The position numbers and the translations under genes were made by a program. Shown here piece by piece: positions 54,054 to 64,000 of a DNA stretch of 64,000 nt. How positions within the stretch are numbered: the first letter of the stretch is position 1; the number at the start of each line of letters is the position of its first letter. Under the pieces are notes generated by a model that ran no database searches, was not told the DNA's origin, and saw only the letters and a list, made by a program, of their open reading frames with translations. The DNA is from the human T2T-CHM13v2.0 reference genome, Homo sapiens: assembly GCA_009914755.4 (NCBI GenBank), contig CP068257.2, positions 36,320,001 through 36,384,000 on the forward strand, read 5' to 3'.

Positions 54054-54632
54054 GATTCTCCCGTAATTTTATATGAATTAGGATGCTTTTTGGCTGTAGA
54101 TAAAAAATCCAACTAAATGTGTTTTCAACAAGTAAGGATATTTACTATCTCTGGTAGGAGAAGTTTGAAGAAAAGCGGTTCAGTGGATCAGAGATGCTTA
54201 CAAGGCTGGAGTTTAGCATCTTTCTCCTCTGTCAACCTCAGAGTGCCAGGAACATTGTCCCCCATGTCTGCCAGATGGCTGTCCTCAAATGACAGTGTCT
54301 GAAAGTAGGAAGGTGGCTGTGGGGACATAATCCCTCTTCCTCCCACCCCCCGATTTCTGGGTTCCTGTAAAAAGCCCCAGCCACCAAAGATTCTTCACAT
54401 ACCAGGAGAATCAGATCTGTAGCTTTGTGTTTAGTTAGTTGTTGTTTTCCAAGGGGATAGTAAAATTTCTCTTCTCTCTCCAAAGGGTCAAATAGTCACA
54501 ACCCAGAGTAGAAACCCAAGTTAAGCCCCCTAGGTGCTATGCTAGGAAAACCTAAAGGCTATCTTCCTGCATATTTACATTTCAAGGGAGACTGAAGCCA
54601 GAGACACTTGCAGGTCTTGGATTATAAATCAT

Positions 54633-55125
54633 TCTACTATAAAGACACATACACACCTATGTTTATTGCAGCGCTGTTCACATTAGCAAAGACTTGGAAC
54701 CAACCCAAATGCCCATCAATGATAGACTGGTTAAAGAAAATGTGGCACATATACACCGTGGAATACTATGCAGCAATAAAAAAAAGATGAGCTCATGTCC
54801 TTTGCAGGGACATGGATGAAGCTGGAAACCATCATTCGCAGCAAACTAACACAGGAACAGAAAACCAAACACACTTATGTTCTCACTCATAAGTGGGAGT
54901 TGAACAATGGAAACACATGGACACAGAGAAGGGAACATCACACACCAGGACCTGTCGGGAGGTGGGGGGCTAGGGGAGGGATAGCATTAAGAGAAATACC
55001 TAATGTAGATGACAGGTTGATGGGTGCAGCAAACCACCATGGCATGTGTAGATGTATGTAACAAACCTGCACATTCTGCACATGTATCCCAGGACTTAAA
55101 GTATATATATATTTAAAAAACCTAA
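54633..55125 (+). mobile_element. 5'-truncated L1 3' end (about 490 bp), sense orientation
   Basis: It runs from CTATAAAGACACATACACACCTATGTTTATTGCAGCGCTGTTCACATTAGCAAAGACTTGGAACCAACCCAAATGCCCATCAATGATAGACTGG to ...GGGAGGGATAGCATTAAGAGAAATACCTAATGTAGATGACAGGTTGATGGGTGCAGCAAACCACCATGGCA. Confidence 0.8.
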
Positions 55126-56965
55126 AGAAATCTGAAAAAAATATAGACTTTAGTTAAAAATAATGTATTAATAAGGGGGACCACTATACTCACACATACT
55201 CTCACATTTGTGCACACTGACACCCACTTCTACATTGTCACAGTCTCTCACACTCTTACTTCCACACCCTTACACATGCACATTCACACACACATCTCTC
55301 TCTCACACACACACACACATACACACACCCACACCTGGATAGATTTCTAGAAGAGAACAAAATTAACACCTCCCTGTTGTTGAAAATAAAATTCTATTCT
55401 GGCAGCCGAATATAAAATTTATTCACGGATATGAATTGTGTCTATCATCTCCCAAGACCTCTAGGTTTTGTTTTTCAGTCCTCACTGCTATTATTAAATC
55501 ATGTCTCCCACATGAAATTCATGGAGGTAGTTGGGTTTTTGAACTTCTGGGCAGGACATCCATCCTCTCCCTTCTCCCATCACCTTTAGCTGGCTTCTTC
55601 ATCTCTCCCCTGTGTTTAGACTCAAATTCATCTATTAAGTTAACAACTTCTTTTGTATTTCTAGCTGGTATTTATAACATCACATGCTGTAATGATTGTT
55701 CACCAGCTCTCCATGGGCTCATCTAGACAGAGCCCCGATCCACGTGAAAGTTGCAGATACCAGGATGAAATTGCTTGGTCAGACCCTGCCAAAATAGGAC
55801 AGGGAAGGCGTGAAGGAGAGGAGGCTTATGTGTCTGAGATAAATACTGCTTCTAAGGACTTGCTAAAAATCCCATAAGAAACCATTTCACGTCCTTCACG
55901 AATCTCTGGCCTTGACAAGGTTTACCACCAGACATTCTTTAGGACTGCAGTGATCCAGATGAGATGCTCTTGAAAGAACACTTGCCCAGTGACAGCATCT
56001 TTACCAATGAACTGACAACAACTGGCTTTGAGCCTCTGGACCAATGGACTCTGTTTCTAAGCAGCTTATGTGGACCTCTCTCTTTTGCTAATAAAATCTT
56101 CCCTTTGCCTTCCCTCACGGGAGGCACTGGCAGTTTACCATCCTATGCATTCTATGTTATAATCCTCATTTCTCACTCCCGCATAAACTCCATATATTTG
56201 GAGATAATTTTCTTCACTGTCTTTTTTTTTTCAGGCTGACACCCATGTGCTGAAAGAGGAAATAACGGATGTCAGTTTCAGGCCCAGGCCTCTAAGAGCT
56301 GGAGCCTCATCTTCTGGTTTCTCTCCCACAGTGACCGTGGATGCCTTTTCTCCCAAAAAGGGCAGCTCTCGAAGGCCTGAGTCCTGGTTTAACTAATACA
56401 ATTTCTCAATATTGAATAATTACGTGTCTCTATAGTCAAGTTCAAGAAAATGCTTTATATTGAGCCTCACTGCTTGTCAGCATATATCTCATCTTTTAAA
56501 ATTTATATAATGTGATTTTGTCTTAGTAGACTATTTTAAATTAACATTGATATTTAATATCAAAGGGTAGCATTTTCCTCTCAAAACTGAAAATATTTCT
56601 GGTAGAAGAGTTGAACAAATGTGATTTCTTAGATTTATTTTTGGATCACCTCCAATTAAATTTTACTTAACATTTTTGGCTGTCTATAAAAGTCATAAAT
56701 TACCAAAACTCTAGAATTAACTTCTTTCAGGTGCAATTATGATTCATCAGTAAAAATGCTTCATTTTAATGTTTCCTAGATTGCTTATCAACACATCAAA
56801 CATCCCATTGGTTTGAGATAATCTATTATTACGTCATGTATTGGGAAACTTGGGTAACAGGGTGATGATTTCCTATGTTCTCCAATCATTGGATGATATT
56901 CTTTCATCTAAAGAATTGCTCTTTACATAGTTTGAGGAAAAACCAGAAAGAAATGAAATAAATAT

Positions 56966-57003
56966 TATATATATGTGTGTGTGTGTATATATATATATAT
57001 ATA
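56966..57003. repeat. (TA)n(TG)n(TA)n compound microsatellite
   Basis: ATATATATATGTGTGTGTGTGTATATATATATATATATA. Confidence 0.85.
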
Positions 57004-58779
57004 AAATCCAAAGTTTTATCATAATATTTACTTGTGGGTTGTATATACACAGTCCTCTCTTTTATACACAGCTATCAAATATGATAATAAAACTGAATTT
57101 GCTGAATTGATTGGGTAGGATAAAAATATGAGAAAAATAAACAATGACTTCCATTGGTTGTCTTTGAATTTCTTCATTGTGCCATTATATTATGGCTGAA
57201 CATGGGTCTGGACTAGTATTTTGGAATATTCAACTTTGTATGCATACAGCAGAGAACTATATTTCTATCTTCCTGTGTTGGAGTGAATTAATAACCTTAT
57301 CAGGTAAAGTAAGAAAAAATGGAAACTTACTGAGTGTTTATTAATTACTCTGTATTTATGAGCTCAATTTTCTCCATTAAATCATTTGGCTCTGCAGTCA
57401 GTTTATCCCCATATTGGGTATTCTTGTTCCAAACCCTTCTGATGTTCTACCTACCCACCTGCCATTTATGGATTCTCCATGGCTGCTTTCCTGCTGCAAT
57501 GGCAGAGTTGATCCTACAGAGATCATCTTGTCTGCAAATCCTAAAATATTTACTATTTGGCTCTTAACATAAAATATTTGCCAACTCCTGGTTTAGATAA
57601 ACTTCATGAAGTCTGAAATGGAAATTGGTATTATTAGAGTAACTCTATGTCCTAGTTTTCATGAGATGACACGAAACCTCCCTTCACTTCCATGAATCTC
57701 AATCCAAAACAAATGATGTTACTTGCAATGGAATGTGTTGATCCCAATTCATTCAACTTTATTCACATTGAGCAAGGAGATATGTGTCTAATTACGATTG
57801 CGATGAATACCATGCAAACCGTCAAAAACATACAACAAAAATATCATCAGATAGTAGTGAATGTTTTAGATTTAATCCTGTGTCCATCTGGGACCAGAAC
57901 GGGGAGAAGGAACTTCAATGCACATTCTTGGAAACAGGTTTTGAATGTTGCTGAGTCATAAGGCAGGTCACTTCATTCTGCCTTTGCTGGAGAACAGAGG
58001 GCATTGCCAAGAAGCTCTCAGCAGCCTCCTTTACATCTCCCATACAAACTTAGCCTGATAAAAATGGCCCAATTCCCACATTTACACTCTACCACTTTTC
58101 AGCTTTCTTTTTCCCTATGAAATAAGAGCAATGATTTTTTTTGCTACTGCTTTAAAAATGATTCTTGTGAAAAACTCTAAAACAAAATAATTTTTCTTCC
58201 TTTTAATGTCATTTCTAAATTATGATCACTCACTTCATATTATTCTGGATATAAGTAAAGCGTATGAATTTAAAAAGGGGCCCGGAAAACCAGGAGAAGT
58301 TCCCGAGACTTTAGCCACCTTGATAGAAGGGACAGACAACTGGGTTCAGGAGGCCAGAGCTTGTCAAGCTGGAGGGAAATGACTTCCTTCTATCTTCTGC
58401 TGCCTGAGGAAACCCTGTGAGTACGGGCATGGAGTGCTGGGTTTAAGGAAAAACCAGCCTGAAGGGCACTGTCTGGGAAGGATGGGAAATAATACCTAAG
58501 GGTGGCTGGGGAACTCTAATCTTGGAAGTTATATCAAAAGAGGACAACAACCATCTGCCTTGGAAGTTTTAGGTGCAGGTTTTCTTCCAGTTGGGGAAGG
58601 GATTGGGGTGTGGGGGCACTTTCCCTCTGGTGGTTTTGTAGTAAACCTTTCCAAATGGACCCAACTACTTAGATGTATGGACCTATTAACAAGAAGGCGT
58701 AGATACTCTTCGGCTCATAACCAGTGGAAAGGCATGGTTCCTGTATTGGAAGCATCTACTACTGGAGTGAAATTAACTC

Positions 58780-59215
58780 CTAGTCTGTTAGTTTTCCAGA
58801 GCTGCTGTAACAAGTCTCCACAACTGGATGGTACAAAATAATGGAAATTTATTCTCTTACAGCTCTGGAGGTTAGAAGTCCAAAATTAAGGTGTCAGCAG
58901 GGTGGGTCCCGTTTTGGAGGTGCTGAGGGAGAATCCATTCCCTGCCTCTCTCCCAGCCTCTGATGGTTGCTTCAATCCTTGGAATTCCCTGGTTTGTCAA
59001 TGCTGATGCATTCAATCTCTACCTCTGTCTTCACATCACATTCTCCTCCCTGTGGATGTGCATGTGTCCCAATTTCCTTCTCATAAAGACACCAGTCAGT
59101 GGAGTAGGGCCCACCATAATCTGGGATGACCTCCTCTAACATTATACATGCAAAGACCCTCTTTTGAAATAAGGTTACATTCACAGGTACTGAGAAGATC
59201 TGGGAGGAGAGGCAC
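58780..59215 (+). mobile_element. ERVL-MaLR-type LTR-like repeat (same family as 51258-51838)
   Basis: GCTGCTGTAACAAGTCTCCACAACTGGATGG...CTCTTACAGCTCTGGAGGTTAGAAGTCCAAAATTAAGGTGTCAGCAGGGTGGGTCC...GACACCAGTCAGTGGAGTAGGGCCCACCATAATCTGGGATGACCTC...AAATAAGGTTACATTCACAGGTACTGAGAAG. Confidence 0.45.
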
Positions 59216-60845
59216 TGCGGTGAGCACCTGTGGGCTGTCCCAGGACCTGTGATTGCTCTAAGCTGTGTAGGATCCACACAGATACCAAGCCATCAGTGAG
59301 CTCTCCAGGTGAAGCATTCAAGGAGTGAACAAAAGAATGGCTGATTTAGAAACGCTGACCAGTGCAGTGAAGGTCAGCTTTCCTAGTAAAGCCTGATGGG
59401 GCAACATAAAGAGAATCACTGTAGCCTAGCCCTTCACAAAAGAAAGACTGGCCTTAAATTTAAAGGCTAATTTAAAGTCGTGGACCTAGAAGCCAGTGTC
59501 AGCTCAGGTTTATCGCTTACTAACTATGGCTACTGGAAAGGAGTTGGTGGAAATCTACCCCAGGCAACTCACTTCACAGACGGAATGAATGTAGAGAAAG
59601 GCCACACTGCTGGACTTCAGCAGGACTGGGACCTCTGATTCAAGACTAAGCTAATTCTTCTCTCCCCTATCTACTTTCATGAGGAAGGGCTGGAGAGACC
59701 GTGAAGTCAAAACTTCTGCTTAATAATGCACATTGTGATTCTTAGGGTAAAATGATAGCAAGGCAGTATTATTATTTTTAAAGCTGAAAAGCAAAAAATG
59801 CAGTCAAACTATTCACACATAACAAATGCAAACCAAGCAAGCAACAAACAAAAAACTCAACAACTCACCAGTTCCTTTCTTGGCCTCATCACTAACAGAG
59901 TTTAACTGTACTAAAGTCAAATGATGTTTGAAAAACTAGATTCCCCCAGATGGGCTGGCAAGTGATCAGAGCCTGAGGGTGTCACCTCGACGCTTGAATT
60001 GGACTGGACCTGTTGATCACACTGCCCTTTCCTCATCTGAAAAGCAGGCCCAGAGAGGTGGTGGCCCCCACAGGGCTTTTGTGAGGATAGAATGAGTTAC
60101 ACACCGAGTCTTCGAACAGTGCATGGTACCTAACGAATACTTATCATGGTATCGTGATTAAGTGGAACATCTCTTTGTATTTCCCACATATGCAAGAGTC
60201 CATTTTAAAAGAATTTCTACCCACACTTCTTTTATCACATTTGTTCATGTTTCATGTTGTAAACATAATATTTGCTTTTGGAGGAAAATGTAGAAAACGT
60301 GAATGTAAAAAAAAATCATGGATTGACATTATTCTCTTGGTTGTATTTTATTTCCATCTCTGAAAAAATGCATACACCATTATTATTTTTATAAAATTAA
60401 GATTATATGACTGCTTTGCATGCTTATTTTTAAATTTGGTATTATGTTTTGAAAAATTTTCTAGGTCATTAAATACTTTTGGAAATCAGCATGATTTGAA
60501 ACACAGAGAGAGAACTCCATGTGAAGATGAAGGTAGAGATTGAGGTGACACAGCTACAAGCCAAGGAATACCGAAGAGTGCCAGCAACCACTGGACGCTA
60601 TGGGAGGGCCTGGAGGAGGTTCTCTCCCATGACCTCAGAAGGAACCAGACCCGCCTGGTCTCAGACTTCTGGCCTTGAGAGCTATTTTGATTCAAGGCTA
60701 AAAGAACATCAAAGGAGCACTTGAACACCATCACAATAGAGCCTGCTAAAAGCTAAATGAATTGGACATCAAGGTAGTCTCATATGTTAATGACAGTGAC
60801 TTCGGCTATCATGGGTGACACATTCATTTTCCAGCACACACCGAC

Positions 60846-61400
60846 TGTATTAGGCTGTTTTCACACCGCTATAAGGAACTACCTGAGACTGTGTAATTTA
60901 TAAAGAAAAGAGGTTTAATTGACTTACACTTTCACATGGCTGGGGAGGCCTCAGGAAACTTACACTGATGGTGGACCGCGAAGGGGAAGCAAGGCACGTC
61001 TTATACGGGGGCAGGAGAGAGAGAGAGAGTGGTGGGGGAAGGGCCACGGTTTTAAACCATCAGATCTTCTGATAACTCACTCACTATCACAACAACAGCA
61101 AGGTAGATTATTCCTTGCTGGCTTTGAGACAGGGATTGTTATCAGCTCCCATAGACCCCCTGTGTTCCTGGCTCATATAGCTCCTCCATCTTCAAAACAG
61201 CAATGATTATGGAGGCCGTCTCATACTTCCAGTTTCTCTGACTTCTGTCACCAGCTGGAGAAAGCTGTCTGCTTTTAAGGGCTGGTGGGATTGCATTAGT
61301 CTCATTGGGTCACCCAAGATAATCTTCCAATTTTAAGCCCAACTCTGCCATGTAACAGCACATGGTACAGTTCTGTATTCACAGGATGTGTGACTGTACC
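60846..61400. mobile_element. MaLR-type LTR-like repeat (TGTATTAG... family, THE1/MST-related), about 550 bp
   Basis: TGTATTAGGCTGTTTTCACACCGCTATAAGGAACTACCTGAGACTGTGTAATTTATAAAGAAAAGAGGTTTAATTGACTTACACTTTCACATGGCTGGGGAGGCCTCAGGAAACTTACA...GAGAGAGAGAGAG...TTTTAAACCATCAGATCTTCTGATAACTCACTCACTATCAC. Confidence 0.5.
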
Positions 61401-64000
61401 TCATCATATGCACATATTCTGGGGAGTAGGGTAGGAAATCCTTGGGAGTCCCATTTGGAAATTCTGCCTACAATAACATCCAAATGAAATTTGTCATTTT
61501 ATCTTACTTCTTCTGCTTTAATTGGTTCTATTTCTCAGTAATAATCTTATCCATCTGCATTCTAACATTTTCCACCCACTTTTTGATTTTATACTTATCA
61601 GACATGATGGGATTAGTGTTGCTTCTAAGGCACTCAAAACTGAACTGAACTCAGCAAACGAATTATAAACCAAAAATCGATCTGATGATCATGACTATCA
61701 CTGCTTGATACATTTGCCAACAATGTCTTTAGGGGAGGACAAATTAATAAGCTTGAGCTCTGAGGTTTAAATTTTTCTATTTAATTTTGAAGATTCCTTA
61801 GGTTGAAAGTTTATACACAGGATAAAATACCATTTTCCCAGAATGCCTGGGATCTGACCTGCCCCAGATTAATTGACATTTCCAGATTTTGGTAACTATA
61901 ACCAAAATAATGAATTTATTTGATGCTGTTACCCACAAAATCATATTACCTAAGGGGCATTGTCTGTCAAGATCATGAGATGAGCCCATCTTGACATCCC
62001 CAATTGAAGGTGGCTTCGTCATATGCCATACATTGTAGAAAAATGTTTTTCATTTGTGATCAAGCCATGCTTTTCCCGAATGCATGATTATAAAAATATC
62101 TTATGAAGTATTTCTAGTGGTTCAATGCATTTGTGTTGGCTCCCAGGGAGAGAAGAGCTTCTGTATAAACAGCCATCACAACTTCACCATCAGTGAGCAG
62201 ATTTACAGAAGAGGAAACATAAATGACTAATTCACATAAAGTGTTCAGCCTCACTCAAATTGAGATATAATTTTATGCATGATTTTAATGCCATCTTACA
62301 TAATATATTCTTGTCCATTTTTCATTGGGTTGTAACCATTTTATATATTCAGAGTCTTAACATTTTAATGGTAATATTTCTGATATACATCTTTTCTCAT
62401 TTTGTTATTTAATATTTTGTTAGCTTTTTGACATATGGATATTTCACATTTTTATGAATTTCTTTTTCATTTGTGACTTCTCTCATTATTTTTTATGCTC
62501 AGAAGGTTGCTTTTTCATCTCAAGATCAAACTCATTTTTCTCCAGGCTTTTTCATTATTGACTTTTTTTTTTTAATCCACCAGGAATTTGCTTTGGAGTA
62601 TAGTATTAAGTTGAGGCTCTAATATTTTTCTCTAAATATTTAATCAGTTATTCTAAACTACTTCAAATAATGATTTTTCTTTTTGCCATTATTGTTATGC
62701 CATCTTACATAATAAACTGAATTCTCATGTATATATTCAGGACTGTCCCAGGGTGTCTATTATGTTCCATTGTTCTGTCTGCTCACTCTTTAGCCAGAAC
62801 CATTATTTCTGAAATTGCTATAACTTTATAAATATTCTCAAATACCTGATAAAATATTAGAACCATTCTTCACTAAAATTATTTTTCAAAAAACTTTGTT
62901 ATTTTTCAAGACAAATTTGAGAATTCGATTTTAAGTTCCATCTTCATAATGTCACTGCATTGAACATTTAATTAATTTGAGAGAATTGCTATCTTTCCCA
63001 TATCTAGTCTTTCCATCCAGAAACATAAAGAATCAATATAATGACGTAAGTGTTTTTACATCCTTCCATAAAGTTTAAAAATTTTCCTCATATGGCTTCC
63101 ACACACTTCTTATTAATTTGTATTAATAGATTTCTCATTAATTATCTTGTTGCAATGGTGACTGAAATCTTTCCCAACCATGTTTTTAAATTGGTTGTTA
63201 ATGATATGTAGAAAATAATTAATTTTAGAAATTTATTTTGTATCACGTGCTTACCATTTACATGCCTTGTTCTTTATTGACAGAAGAAAGAGAATAATTT
63301 CAGCTCTTGAATTAATGAAGAAATAGCCCTGTAGATTTGCCACTATAGGATGTTTCTGTTTTTAGTCAGACTTATCCTCATAAATGCTACCTAATTGTCT
63401 AATTTCAAATACTCGTATATTCCCGCACCCTGGCGTTTATTAAACTGCCACCGCCAGCTTTTTGTTTGTTTGTTTGTTTTGGTATCTGTGGTGGGCTAAA
63501 TAACAATCTTTAAAGATATCCCTGTCCCAATACCTGGGACTTGCAAATATGTTACCTGACATGGTGAGACAGATTTTGCAGATGTGATTGAATTAAGGAT
63601 CCTGAAATGGGAGGGCCTTGGGGATTTCTAGGGTAGGAGCAATGTACTCACAAGGATCCTAATAACAAAATTATGAGTATTATATTTAAGGGAAGGGTAA
63701 CAGGTGGTGAAGTCATGCTTTGAGAATAAAACTGACCTGGAAGCCTGACTCTGGGCTTCGGTTGCTGCATTTCTCCGCTTGGTCATTGTCACAAACCCAT
63801 TCCTTCCACACAAGTGATGGAGAGACTCAGCCTGGGACATGCTGGGTCCTGCGAGATTCTGCACCCATTCTCGGTGGCAGCAGCGGCTTCAGAGGCTAGT
63901 GCCAGGCTCATATCTCAGTGCCCTTCCACATCAGTAATCTCTGATTAGTGGGTCTGTTTCTAGGGGGCCTCAGTGTGGAAGGAAGGTCACCCGTTACATC

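Overview
This window reads as primate (human-like) nuclear genomic DNA from a gene-poor intronic or intergenic region, not a prokaryotic or viral locus. By eye, about 40-50% of it is interspersed repeats. These include at least 11 Alu SINEs, most with recognisable target-site duplications (TSDs) and poly-A tails. There are several L1 LINE fragments, two of which show 5'-inversion (twin-priming) structure. Several ERVL-MaLR-type solo LTRs are present, one of them THE1-like. Two MER1-like hAT DNA-transposon copies carry 8-bp TSDs. MIR and MER5A relics and many microsatellites are also present. I found no protein-coding gene, rRNA, tRNA, CRISPR array or operon-like organisation. The ORFs in the supplied track are short, overlap on both strands, sit largely inside Alu, L1 and microsatellite sequence, and translate to low-complexity peptides, so I call none of them CDS. 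I could not find a novel biological system. The structure worth a second look is mostly mobile-element architecture and non-B-DNA motifs. There is a three-level nested insertion (microsatellite, MaLR LTR, MER1B). There are two twin-primed L1 insertions with intact TSDs. A perfect 41-bp palindrome lies next to a ~270-bp (TTCC)n tract. A ~365-bp (GT)n-containing segment is present twice, about 20 kb apart. A locally duplicated block carries a THE1-type solo LTR in one copy and the empty site in the other. A ~1.3-kb stretch retains CpGs despite low GC. All coordinates are approximate to a few bp, and repeat family names are from memory of consensus sequences, not from a database search.
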